From assembly GCA_958009085.1 (NCBI GenBank), contig OY253674.1, positions 248,001 through 312,000 on the forward strand: 64,000 nt of DNA, in the 5' to 3' direction. Below the pieces are notes generated by a model. The model was not told where the DNA came from, did not search any database, and saw only the letters and a program-made list of their open reading frames with translations. This document shows, piece by piece, positions 38,401 through 50,250 of this stretch. The position numbers and the translations under genes were made by a program. The DNA is from Protoeuglena noctilucae (Eukaryota). The stretch's first letter is position 1. Every line of letters begins with the position of its first letter.

Positions 38401-39429
38401 TTATCCTCTGCCGCTGCACGGGACGCGCCGACGGCCCCGGAGGTCCCTCCGCAGGCGGCGAGCACGGCGGCGTCGTTCCCGTCGCCCGCGGACGTCGCTC
38501 GGGACTCTTCGCGGTCGTCAGGCGCCACGGCAGGGCCGAAGCGAGCCTGGGAACCGGCAGAGACGATGGCTGAGGCGAGTGGCGCGCTGCGCTTGCGTGG
38601 CTGTCTTGTCCTGTTCGTCGCGCGGGGTATGCTGGGGCCGCCTGGGCGCAGCGCAGCGCGTGCGGCGTCGCCCCTGATCCCTTCGGGGCTCGCTGCCACC
38701 CCGGCTCGAGAGAGCGTCTCATCTCGAGTGACGGTGTCATGGGCGCAGCGGGAGGCAGCAGCCCCGCTTCTGAAGAGCAAGTGGGGCCTCGACGGCAGCG
38801 ACTCGGACGAGGAAGGCGCACCAGCGGGGGCGGCGGCTGCCGGGGCGCAGGGAGCGGGCGTGCACGCGGCGCCGGCGGACCTGAACCCCGACCAAGTGCA
38901 GCAAGTGGAGCTCCAGGTGGCGTCCTTCCGAGCTCAGCTGGCCAAGGCGGGGCTGCCGGCGGCGGATATCGAGCTGAGAGCCGCGGCGCACAGTCAGCGG
39001 CTGCTGGCCGCCGCTGCGACGGGCGCAGCGACGGGCGCGACGCCGCATGTAACGAGCGGGGCAAGGCAGGCGGCGCCCGAACGGGGGCCGTCGGGAGGAG
39101 TCGGGCCGGCGAGCGGGGCGACGATGTCTCCCCACGGGGGCTCATCCGATCTGGGACGCAACCGGAGGTCTTCACCGCGGTCGCAACATGGGGCCGGTGG
39201 GGAACGGGAACGGGCGCGGAGCAGGAGCGCGGAGCGCCAGGAGCGGGGGAGTGGGGACCGGGGGGGGCGGCGGTCGAGTCCAGAGCGGGGCGACAGGCGG
39301 CGGAGCCCAGGGAGGGAGCGGGAGCGGGAGCGGGAGCGGGAGCGGGAGCGGGAGCGGGAGCGGGAGCGGGAGAGTGAGCGGCTGCACAGACGGAGCCCAG
39401 AGCAGCGCGGCTGGAGGGGCCGGAGATAG
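35446..39429 (+). CDS. U2SURP: U2 snRNP-associated SURP protein (SR140/RRC1): RRM, SURP, CID and RS/RE tail
   Basis: [67 protein letters not shown]. Confidence 0.92.
39316..39372 (+). repeat. (GAGCGG)9 coding microsatellite encoding an Glu-Arg dipeptide run
   Basis: Perfect hexamer array in the last exon of U2SURP. Confidence 0.95.
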
Positions 39430-39611
39430 CAGCGTTGTTTTGCTGGCTTCCTGGCCCGGCAGCTTTGAAGAATGTCTGCGAGATACACACAGAAGTTGCT
39501 GCAGACCTGCTGCCGTGCTATGACGGCCCCGCGCAGCCGGGGCGCGCGATGCCGGGCGCCGTGCAGCGGCAACACGGACTCTCGCAGCTCCGGACGATGC
39601 CGGCCCGCCGC

Positions 39612-39626
39612 GGAACGTTCTGGACG
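39612..39626 (+). promoter_or_regulatory. Heat-shock element upstream of HSP20 (mirrored at 45636-45650)
   Basis: gGAAcgTTCtgGAC fits nGAAnnTTCnnGAAn. A degenerate array cCTCcaGAGgaCTCtgGAG lies near 39641-39660 and TTCgaGAA at 39712-39719. Confidence 0.75.
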
Positions 39627-40035
39627 GGGTCCCGGTCCGTCCCTCCAGAGGACTCTGGAGAGGGGGTCGGCGGGCTCAAAAGGGGATCGAGGGGCCCGGA
39701 GACCTGCAGTTTTCGAGAATCTCGCGCACACATCGAGCATCCGAGCGTTCATCAAGCACTCCAACCCTCGCAATCGTGGTCCAGAGGCCAACCGTCTCGG
39801 TCAGGTGAGCGGCGCGGGCGCGCGCAGGGGCGAGGCGAGGGGCGGCGGAGGCGACGCAGCGGGAGGTGCGAGGATATTTCGACCCACGAGGGCTCGCCAC
39901 GACGGCCGCGAGGGCCTCCGCGCGCCGGCCGGTCGGGAAGGGTCGTTAGTCCCAGCACCCGCGGTCCGGAGGGCTCAGCCGCAAACGCTGCGGGTTCACG
40001 GCCCCCGCAGGACTCCACTGCGCGTACAGGTCGCC

Positions 40036-40926
40036 ATGCTGCGCATGTACAACCCCTTCCTGGGCCCCATGTGGCTCTCCCAGCCCGGGGCATCCGCGTT
40101 CCCGGGCGGCCCGTTTGGCACCATCGACCGCGCGTTCCGGGAGCTGGACGCGCTGGAGCGGCAGCTGTTCGGCGACATGGACGTGGACGCCGAGCCCGGC
40201 GCGGCCCAGCAGCCGGGCGACCAGCCTGAGCAAGCGCCCGAGGGCGAGGCAGCCCAGCAAGGCCAGGTGAGGGAGGGACGGGGAGCGGGGCGATGCAGCT
40301 GCCTTGGCGCGTGCTGTGGGGGACGACGGCGGCGCAGGTGGGCGCGCGCGGGCGGGCCCGGTGGGCAGCGTGGCCCACGCTCGGCGTGCTCCGGAAGGAC
40401 GGGCGTGCTCCGGAAGGACGGGCGTGCACGCGCGCAGTGCGCCGCGTCGGCAGTTCGGCTCCACTGACCTCACCTCGGCCCATCGCCCGACTTCCCGCAG
40501 GTCACGTCTGCCCAAGCGGCCCCGACGGCGATGACGGCGGTCCCGCAGGGCCAGGGGCGCGCCGTGGCTGCCACGCAGCCGCGGTCGGCGCTGGGCACCA
40601 CTCTGGGCGCCTGGTACCCGCGCATGGACGTGCAGGTGCATGACGACAAGGTGGTGGCCACGGTCGACGTCCCCGGCGTGCCGCGCGAGGGCCTGAGCGT
40701 CACGGTCAACGACGGCCTGCTGACGGTGTCGGGCGAGCGCAAGGAGGAGGTGTCGGACCGGGAGCACGGGCACTACGAGCGGCGCTTCGGCAGGTTCCAG
40801 CGCGCCGTGCGCCTGCCCAAGGGCGCGCGCGAGGAGGGGGTGACGGCCAAGTACGAGCACGGCGTCCTGCGCATCGAGGTGCCCAGGGACCCCGTGCGCC
40901 AGCCCACGCCCGTCTCCATCCAGTGA
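40036..40926 (+). CDS. HSP20: Small heat shock protein (HSP20/alpha-crystallin), copy 1
   Basis: Exons 40036-40266 and 40501-40926; YPRMDV..VDVPGV..LTVSGER..ERRFGRFQRAVRLP..AKYEHGVLRIEVP; probable 5'UTR intron ending at 40029. Confidence 0.95.
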
Positions 40927-41313
40927 GCCGGCCGGGCGCCGGCGCTGCATCGAGCCGCTCGCGGGGGCGTGGCGCCACCAGCGGCGGGTCCCAGCGCGAT
41001 GGGCCTGAGGCGGGCGCAGGGGTTGCTTTGCTATGTATGTGACGCACAGCCAGGGTTGCACTGTCAGTCGGTTGATATCCGGACCGGCCCGTGTCCAGCA
41101 AGGGCGCGGGGCCTTAGCAGCATAGCCGCCGCTTGACGCTTGAAGTGAGTTGGGGACACGATGGTTTGACAGGCCACCGACAGCTGATGGCATAAAGCCG
41201 CAGAAGCGTGTGCATATCCATTGCGCTACTACCTTCAAATCGCCCGTGCTGTCCAGTTTGCTGGCTTTCAAGCCGCGCGCAGGTGCGGCAGCGCAGCCGT
41301 CAGGTTCGGGGCT

Positions 41314-42027
41314 TTAGCCGTAGTTGAGTGTGAACATGTCGTTGGTGACGATGAACGAGTTGTTCATCGGAGCCAGGTGGAACACCTGCGGGGAACAAAG
41401 GGTGAGAAATTCCAGCAAAGGCGCATTCAGTGCGCAGTGCGCGGGCAGTGCTCCTGGCCCGCCGGTTACCTGGGAGAAGCGCAGCGCGTGGTGCTCCCCC
41501 TCTGGCAAGATCTCCCCGATCACGAACACGAGGAGCCCGCCGGACACGGACGGCTGAGCGTCGAAGGAGACGATCCGGTGCTGGCACGTCTGGAAGGGCA
41601 GCTGCGGGCCGGGGGCGGCGGGAGACGTTGCCTCAGCGCATCAAGTAAAGCAGCTCAAGCATTCAACTCCGCATGGGGCGCCGCGCACCTGGGTGAGCTT
41701 CTCCACGATCTGGTGTTGGCCCTGAAACTTCTGCGACTGGAAAGTCATAATCGACTGGTCCGTGTAGAGACCGGCCAGGGCCGACCTGTTCTGATCGAAC
41801 GTCCGGTAGTAGTGCTCCACGAAAGCCTGCGGGGGACGCGGGTGGCGGGCGCTCAGGGCCTCGACGCGCACAGCGCGGGCCCGCGATCGACTCCGCCCGC
41901 CTCTGGGCGGCCTCAACCATTCGGGCCAGACAACATGGAGCCCCCATCCACGTGGCCAGTCGGGAAGCTGGGCAGAGGCCGCGATCTGAGTGAACCGCAC
42001 CCGTGCAACGGCGTCGGCGTCCCCCAT
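41314..42027 (-). CDS. NTF2: Nuclear transport factor 2 (4 exons)
   Basis: MGDADAVAR|AFVEHYYRTFDQNRSALAGLY..IVEKLTQ|LPFQ..DAQPS..LRFSQ|VFHL..NDMFTLNYG*. Confidence 0.95.
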
Positions 42028-42388
42028 GCTTCCAGCGCAGGTTCCCGTGCGAGGACGACAGCCCAACGATCCATACGAGTAGTCATGGGAGCGCCGCTGC
42101 AGCGGGAGGCCGGAAGACCGCAGGGTCGGGTTTTGCCACAAGGGCAGGCAGTGTCAGCGGAACGGCTTGACGGGACAAGGACGTTCGGGGTCCCCCGACA
42201 GTCGTAGATGATCATGTTATCTTAGTTACATCCACTTTTGATCTCAGATGGGCCTTGCGTGCGAGCTCAGGGGCGGCAGCGATCGGTTTGTTGCATTCTC
42301 GCGCGTCGGAGGAAATTAGAACTCGTCACGCTTTTGAATGTAACACAAACACTCCAAATACTCGTGATATAGGCAGAAGGACCTAGTC

Positions 42389-43988
42389 ATGGACGTGGTG
42401 GAGCCTGGGGTCCTGCAGGTGGGCCTCCTCTCTCACGGCTTAAGCACCCAGATCGTGTAGCAATATGGATAGCGTGCTGTGCGCCTGCGCTGCTGCGCCC
42501 GGCGTCAAGGATTGCCCGATGCAGCTGGTTGCTGTGATGCGTCCCTGGCCATCCACGCCGCGAGCCGCGCCAGGAGTGATTTCGTCAGGTCGGCTTGCTC
42601 ATGCAGACCGTGGACGAGGTGCTGCTGGATGTCCTGGCGCAGCTGGCGGAGGGCGAGAGCCAGCTGCAGCTGGAGGCGGAGACGGCACTTATCCTGGTGA
42701 GCTCTCGTCGCGCTGGGCTGCCGGCACCTGCGCCGTCGCGAAGCAGGAGACGATGCCCAGGTTGTGACGCGCTCGCAGTCGGAAAGTCGCCCGGACCGCG
42801 CGGCTGTGTTCGCCCGCGTCATGAAGGTGCTCGACATTGTGCAGGAGCTGGCGATCGCAGACGCCACTTCCACTCAGCGGGACGTGTACTATCGGCTCGG
42901 CGATCTCATGCCGGAGACGCTCATGAGGACTTCCGCGCAGGCCTACCAGGCCATCGAGCACGCCGCAAGCCTGCTTGGGAAGACTCCCGCAGACCTGGGG
43001 ATCGCCTGTGCCAGCAAGGTGCTGCAACCCGTTCCGCATTGCGCCGCGAGAGGCTTCTCCGCACCCTACACGCCTCGCATGGCATGCCTCGTCGCCACCG
43101 TAGGGGTTGGTCGGTGGGAATGTGCGCATCCGCGTTGGCGCGGGCGTGTGGATGGACGGCACGGGTACGGCCATCCCCATCCCCGGATCCATGGACGACG
43201 TGATGAGCATGCAGCTCGACATGCAGGAAGCCAGGGTGCGGACTGAGAGGCCCTTTGCTGCCTGTTCCTTTGAGACTGACGACATTCTTGGTTCACAAGG
43301 CCCAGCAAATCCTCGCAGTTCATCTTCGTTGTCGAGAAAGAAGCGGTGTTTCAGCGTCTCATGGAGGACCGGATCTTCGACAGCGTTCCGGCCGTCGTGC
43401 TGACAGCGAAGGTGAGGTCGTCGCTTCATGGGAAATGAGGCACGCCGAATCGTTGCATGAGGCTGGGAAGCCAGCTGCAGGCACGGCCATGGACAGATCT
43501 CCTCGCTTGCCCATCCCCCCACCCAGGGCATCCCAGACCAGGCGTCCCGGGCACTCCTCCATCGCATGCACATGGCACGGCCCGACGTGCCGTTACTGGG
43601 GGTCGTGGATTTCAACCCTGCGGGTGTCGTCGTGCTCAGCGCCTTCCTGCAAGGAGGGCGCCGCCGTGACGCGTTTGCCGTGCCGGTCCAGTGGCTGGGG
43701 GTCCGGAGGAGCCAGCTGGATGAGCTGGGCGTGGGCCCGGACCGCTTGCGGCCCCTCAGTCCCTCCGAGCTTCGGATACTGGACGGTCTTGAGGAGCGCC
43801 TGGCGCAAGCTGAGATGCCAGGATGGCTCCTGGACCTGGCAGAGATGAGGGATTTTGGGAGGAAAGTGGAGACGGAACATCTTGGTGACGCTTTGGGGCG
43901 GCTCAATGCCGACAATCGAGGCCCGCGGGGACTGACTGCGTACCTTGTGCAGCTGGCGCTTGCCCGGCAGTTTATCCCTGCAGGCTAA
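42389..43988 (+). CDS. SPO11-2: Meiotic recombination protein SPO11, SPO11-2 type
   Basis: TQRDVYY (catalytic Tyr), LGIACASK|GLVGG, FIFVVEKEAVFQRL, TAK|GIPD, and VDFNPAG (the DxN variant typical of SPO11-2); reading frame intact over 6 exons. Confidence 0.88.
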
Positions 43989-44100
43989 CACCAGACATCT
44001 GATTAGGCGACCCCCGCCTGACTAGCTCATCAAAAACGTGGGCTACTGCGCTTATGTGCTAGCATGTTTCTCAAGGCTCAGCCGAAGCCACTGTGGCCGG

Positions 44101-45730
44101 TCGTGTCCCCAACTCACTTCAAGCGTCAAGCGGCGGCTATGCTGCTAAGGCCCCGCGCCCTTGCTGGACACGGGCCGGTCCGGATATCAACCGACTGACA
44201 GTGCAACCCTGGCTGTGCGTCACATACATAGCAAAGCAACCCCTGCGCCCGCCTCAGGCCCATCGCGCTGGGACCCGCCGCTGGTGGCGCCACGCCCCCG
44301 CGAGCGGCTCGATGCAGCGCCGGCGCCCGGCCGGCTCACTGGATGGAGACGGGCGTGGGCTGGCGCACGGGGTCCCTGGGCACCTCGATGCGCAGGACGC
44401 CGTGCTCGTACTTGGCCGTCACCCCCTCCTCGCGCGCGCCCTTGGGCAGGCGCACGGCGCGCTGGAACCTGCCGAAGCGCCGCTCGTAGTGCCCGTGCTC
44501 CCGGTCCGACACCTCCTCCTTGCGCTCGCCCGACACCGTCAGCAGGCCGTCGTTGACCGTGACGCTCAGGCCCTCGCGCGGCACGCCGGGGACGTCGACC
44601 GTGGCCACCACCTTGTCGTCATGCACCTGCACGTCCATGCGCGGGTACCAGGCGCCCAGAGTGGTGCCCAGCGCCGACCGCGGCTGCGTGGCAGCCACGG
44701 CGCGCCCCTGGCCCTGCGGGACCGCCGTCATCGCCGTCGGGGCCGCTTGGGCAGACGTGACCTGCGGGAAGTCGGGCGATGGGCCGAGGTGAGGTCAGTG
44801 GAGCCGAACTGCCGACGCGGCGCACTGCGCGCGTGCACACCCGTCCTTCCGGAGCACGCCCGTCCTTCCGGAGCACGCCGAGCGTGGGCCACGCTGCCCA
44901 CCGGGCCCGCCCGCGCGCGCCCACCTGCGCCGCCGTCGTCCCCCACAGCACGCGCCAAGGCAGCTGCATCGCCCCGCTCCCCGTCCCTCCCTCACCTGGC
45001 CTTGCTGGGCTGCCTCGCCCTCGGGCGCTTGCTCAGGCTGGTCGCCCGGCTGCTGGGCCGCGCCGGGCTCGGCGTCCACGTCCATGTCGCCGAACAGCTG
45101 CCGCTCCAGCGCGTCCAGCTCCCGGAACGCGCGGTCGATGGTGCCAAACGGGCCGCCCGGGAACGCGGATGCCCCGGGCTGGGAGAGCCACATGGGGCCC
45201 AGGAAGGGGTTGTACATGCGCAGCATGGCGACCTGTACGCGCAGTGGAGTCCTGCGGGGGCCGTGAACCCGCAGCGTTTGCGGCTGAGCCCTCCGGACCG
45301 CGGGTGCTGGGACTAACGACCCTTCCCGACCGGCCGGCGCGCGGAGGCCCTCGCGGCCGTCGTGGCGAGCCCTCGTGGGTCGAAATATCCTCGCACCTCC
45401 CGCTGCGTCGCCTCCGCCGCCCCTCGCCTCGCCCCTGCGCGCGCCCGCGCCGCTCACCTGACCGAGACGGTTGGCCTCTGGACCACGATTGCGAGGGTTG
45501 GAGTGCTTGATGAACGCTCGGATGCTCGATGTGTGCGCGAGACTCTCGAAAACTGCAGGTCTCCGGGCCCCTCGATCCCCTTTTGAGCCCGCCGACCCCC
45601 TCTCCAGAGTCCTCTGGAGGGACGGACCGGGACCCCGTCCAGAACGTTCCGCGGCGGGCCGGCATCGTCCGGAGCTGCTAGAGTCCGTGTGGCCTCCGCA
45701 CGGCGCCCGGCGTCGCGCGCCCCGGCTGCG
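44101..45730 (-). repeat. Right arm of the 1630-bp inverted repeat
   Basis: Reverse complement of 39532-41161. Confidence 0.97.
44336..45226 (-). CDS. HSP20: Small heat shock protein (HSP20), copy 2
   Basis: Mirror of 40036-40926 with the same translation. Confidence 0.95.
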
Positions 45731-45865
45731 GCACATGCGTTCATCCGGGACTCTTGCTACTGTCCCTCTCACGACCGCGCTGTCGCCTCACACTCGCGCT
45801 CGACACGCAACGCGCTATACGGCACCGGCAATCACAGCTACAAAGGGCAGATGGCGCTCGAACTC

Positions 45866-48353
45866 TCAGCTCTCGTCCTGCAGCACCCGCTCCCATCCCG
45901 GCACCATGGCCCGCACCGCCGACGGCACCTCTTCGCCACTGCCCTTCCGGTAGTACAGGAACAGATGGTCCGCGGCGTCCTGCGAGTGCGCGGAGGCACC
46001 CCAACTTAGCAAGTTGGGCCACGAGACGCCACCTCGAGCCCGTGCGCGCATCGCGCCCAAATGCAGTGAGAGCCTCGACAAGGCTCTGACGAGCGCACCT
46101 TGATGCACTCCAGCGCGTACTGCATATCGGACAGGGAGTGGCCCGCCGAGATGCACAGGCGGACGCGCCCCTTCAGCAGCGCTGTGGCGGGGAAGCCGAC
46201 GACGACGGCGGCAATGTTGCGCTCTAAGAGGATCCGGGAGAAGGAGGCGATCTTGGCCGAGTTGATGAGCATGACGGGGATGACCGGGGAGTCCCAGTCG
46301 CCCTCCACGGCCAGGCCGAGGTCCATCAGCTTCACGCGCATCCAGTTGGCCGCCGCGTGCAGACGCTGGATCTTGCGCACGCCGCGGTCGCTGCCGTCCT
46401 CGCCCATGATGACCTGCGCGCCGGGAGAGGTCAAATGAAAGGTAATCCAGAAGCTCGAGATACGGTGATACTCACGTCAGCCGGGTCGCAATGGGTCAGG
46501 GTCCATGACCGGCACACAGATACGGGGCTCGCCTTGAGTGCGCTCAGGGCCTGCTGAGCAGCGGGGGGCGACATGGCCGCCGCGTAGAGGGTCCCCGGGC
46601 TGCTGCGGCGGATGTGCTCGACGAGGTCGCGGCTGCCGGCAATGTATCCGCCGCACGACCCGAAGGACTTCGTGAAGGTCCCCATCATCACGTCGATGTC
46701 TGCCGTGTCCACGCCCTCGTGCTCCGCGCACCCGCGGCCCGTGCGGCCCATCGCCCCGATCGAGTGTGCCTCGTCCAAGAACAGATACGCCTTGTACTTC
46801 TTCTTGAGCGCCACGATGTCCGCCAGGCAGGCCGTTTCGCCCTCCATCGAGTAGATACCCTCCACGATGATGAGGACCTTGCGCCACGGCCGGCGCGTCC
46901 GGGGCTGCCCCTCGGCGATGGCGAACCGCAGGGTGCGCTCGAGGTGCCCGACGTCATTGTGACGGAAGATGCGCACGCTGGCACCCGAGGAGCGCACGCC
47001 CGTGACGATGCTCGTGTGGTTGAGGGCGTCCGACAGCACCAGGCAGCCCTTGCCCACGAGCGCGGGGATGACGGTGGAGTTGGTCGCGAAGCCCATCCCA
47101 AAGACCACCGCGTCCTCTTTGCCCAAAAACTGCGCCACCTTGCGCTGCAACTCCGCAAGCACGTCACTGCGGGGACCAGCAGGCACGCGCGTCACAAAGG
47201 AACAAGCCAGGAGATTCTCCTACCTCTGCGTATGTGTTCGCGCGTCCCAGGTATTGACACTGACCTGTGTCCGCTCTCAAGCATGGACGAGCACGTCGAC
47301 GCGCTGTGGGTGCGCAGGGTCTCGAGCACGCGGGGGGTGCAGTAGGGGTCCTGGTTGGCGAAACCGAGGTAGTTGTACGAGGCCAGGTTGAGGCAGCGCT
47401 GGACACGGCCCGAGGGCTGCGGGAAGGAAGTTGCCAGGGCGAGGGTCAGGGCTCCGAATGTCGTCGGCAGAAAAGCAGAGGGATTCCCGACCCGCTTAGC
47501 CTGCCCATTGTAACTCCCTCTGCCGCGCACGCCGCGCCGCGTACCTTGTGGCAGGGCGTCTCCCCATCCTTGGCCAGGGCAGGCTCCCGGAGCATCACGT
47601 CGAGCCACGAATCGGGCGCCGAGCAGATGGGGCGGTTGAAGACGTCCTCGATCCGCTTGTAGAAGCGCCGCGTATAGAAGGAGTCAAAGTCACTCATCAG
47701 GGGCGCGTAGCCTGGCGGCGTGCGGTTCGCGCGGGGGCTGCTGAAGATGTCGCGCAGCCGCCGCAGGAGGTCTTGCGTATGGCCCAGGATGAGCATGACC
47801 ATCATGCCGAAGAAGTGCAAGAGGGACTGCGGGAACGCGCCGAGGGAGAGCGTGGGCCGCCGAGTCGTTGAATGAAGTCAAACGCGCCCCCACGCATTAT
47901 CGCCTCACCGCCACGGTGCCCATGTCCGAGGACCGGAAATTCAGCGACCTCGAGTCCTCGACGTCCTCGATCCTCTTCTTGATACGGTGCTCGACCATCA
48001 TCGAGCGCGCGGGCGCGCCCGGGGTGTCGGCTGCGCCCGCTGGCTGGCCGGGGCTCGCGTACCCGCTGCGAACGCGGCGGCCGAGACCTCGATTGCGCGC
48101 GATGCCTGCTGCTAGTGGCAAACGCGTTCGTCTCAAGCGAGATAGAAAGGCGGGCGGCCCGCATGGCGGAGGCAGGCCGCGAGTCCTGCGGTCCGATTCG
48201 GCCAACCCGCCGCCCCGGCGGGCTCGCGGGCGCGCGGGGAGTCCCGCACCTTGTCGAGGGCGTCCCGGGCCGTTTCCGGTCGCGAGAAGACGGATCCGTG
48301 TCGTGCGCCAGCCCGTTCGCCTCGGCCACAAGGGCCCCCTCGTCGCGCCCCAT
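45866..48353 (-). CDS. LCB2: Serine palmitoyltransferase subunit LCB2/SPTLC2
   Basis: [64 protein letters not shown] (PLP-binding Lys), [10 protein letters not shown]. Confidence 0.95.
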
Positions 48354-48756
48354 GGCGTCCAGACCCTGCAAACCACGGGCCACCCCAAACGCCCTTCGCT
48401 CGCGACGCTGACGACAGACAGGCGGCATTCCCCACAACCCGGCCCGGCCCCGCCGCCCGCGCGCCGGCTAGTTTTTGGAATCCAAATGTGGCCCGGAGCC
48501 GCGTCTCCGCGGGGCCGTCCCCGATCAGGGGTCCGCCTCTCCGGGCAACAAGAAGAGGGAACGAGGCGCACCTGACTCGCGCGGTGCAACCAACCCGCTT
48601 GTGCGGCTCTCCGAGCTTTCCCCGTCGTCGCTCGCCAAGATGGTCGGGTCGGGCAGCCGCGACGCGACGACGCTCGCAATCGTTCCAGACGGCCGACTGC
48701 CGAAGCGGGCCCGGCAGGCGGGACTTATTCAGAAACGCAAACTGGCGGATTCAATT

Positions 48757-50250
48757 TTATTGCTTGGCCGACCCGGCGGGCACCGCGCGCCTCCCGTGGA
48801 TGCGCAAGTACGTGTAGAGGCCCGCGCCGCAGAACACGACCACGTAGCCCATGAAGGCGAGGAGCGTGACGGCGTCGCCGAAGATGACGAATGACAGCAC
48901 GCTGAGGATCGCGTTCTTGGCCGTGCCGACGACCTGGCTCGTGACGGCGCCCGTGGCCTTGGTCATCCAGTACTGGGCGACCGTGAAGGCGAAGGCCAGG
49001 AGCACGTTGACCAGAAGCACGCTCGGCACCAGCCTCGACACGCTGTACCCCGACCAGTTCGCGTCCGTCGGCTCCGTCATGTGGCGCTGCACAAAGGAGG
49101 AGTCGCGAGGTATCATCGGAGCGGCGGGCGCGCGCTGCAGCGGCGCGTCCGCGTGCTGCAGCACCCTGCGCTGGGCGAGCGACGCAGCCTCGCCTGCAAG
49201 GCGGACAGAAGGCCCCACTGCTCCGTGAAAGCCGCGAAGGGAAGGAGAATGACGAGACTGAAAGCGGCCATGTACCTGCGAGGGCGGCGAGGGGCCGGTC
49301 CTGCCATGGGAGGCGGGCTTGGCCAGACCCACATGGCCCCCACGCCCATTCCCTGCGCCCTTCACCTCGTGAGGCTAATAGGACTCAGGCGCTCCTCGTC
49401 GCTGCTCATCAGCTTCTGCTGCAGGACCGACTTGCCCGCCCGTGCGATGGTGGAGATGACGGCCAGGGTCACGCCAAAGAGGTCGAACATGGGGTCTGGG
49501 CGAAGCGGCCAGAGACACAGTAACCCGTCGCGCTTCTGCGATCCGGCGCCTCTGGCGCAGATGGCGCGGGTGCTAGCTGCACTGAGCCGGAGCGCCTGCC
49601 TCACCTCCTTTGTTTGCCAACAGAGACCCGATGATGGTGATGCCGAGGGACACCCAGATGTCGAAGGGCTCATGCAGGCCGAGGACGGCGGCTACCATGA
49701 TTGCGGCCCATGCCGGCGTGGTGCAGCCCACCGCCACGTCCATCGCGACCGTGATATACTGCGCGCGCGGCGATGCGATGGTCGTCCGTGCAGCCATGCT
49801 GGCAGAGATCCGCTCGCGCACGTGGGGTGCGCGCGCGGTACTCACCTGCAGGCACCAGATGCCGGTGACCAGGGAGAGGGAGACGCAGGCGGAGAGCACG
49901 AAAATGTTGAGGGCCTGGGTGCGGCTCCGGATGGGCTCGTACGGAGTGAGGCCGGCCCACGTGAGGCCGGAGCCCAGGAGGGCGATCGACTGCGGGCGCA
50001 TGCGGGCGTTATTGAAATGTGCGCTTGGGACGGCGGCGAGGCGCCGGTTTGCATGGCACGAGGGACTCACCATCATGTGCATGCATGGGATGGAGATGGG
50101 GAAGCGAAGCCCCGCCTCAGAGGCAATCCATTTGTTGCTCAGCTGCAGCGCGATGTTCGTGGAGAAGAAGGCGGCGATGGACGACACGACTTCGAACGTG
50201 CCGGTCCTGCCCGCGTGTGCGCGGGACCTGGGCGCCGCTTTGAGCGACAT
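48757..50250 (-). CDS. Triose-phosphate/nucleotide-sugar transporter family protein (SLC35/TPT)
   Basis: NIALQLSNKWI..FPISI..MHM, ARAGKSVLQQKLM, LSPISL, TKATGAVTSQVVGTAKNA; multiple transmembrane helices. Confidence 0.85.

Larger units (their letters stand above)
39532..41161 (+). repeat. Left arm of a 1630-bp inverted repeat
   Basis: Reverse complement of 44101-45730 (paired coordinates sum to 85262); the mirrored ORF sets are near-identical. Confidence 0.97.

Noticed and set aside
36130..39490. Long antisense ORFs (501 aa, 366 aa and many similar across the window)
   Set aside because: Low-complexity Arg/Pro/Ala shadows of real GC-rich exons with no recognisable motifs.
40383..40430. 20-bp tandem repeat GGCGTGCTCCGGAAGGACGG as CRISPR-like
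   Set aside because: About 2.3 adjacent copies with no spacers inside an HSP20 intron; no cas genes; eukaryotic context.
39532..45730. Composite transposon or terminal-inverted-repeat element
   Set aside because: The arms are ordinary HSP20 genes, there is no transposase, and the outer flanks (..cggccccg / gcacatgc..) show no target-site duplication.
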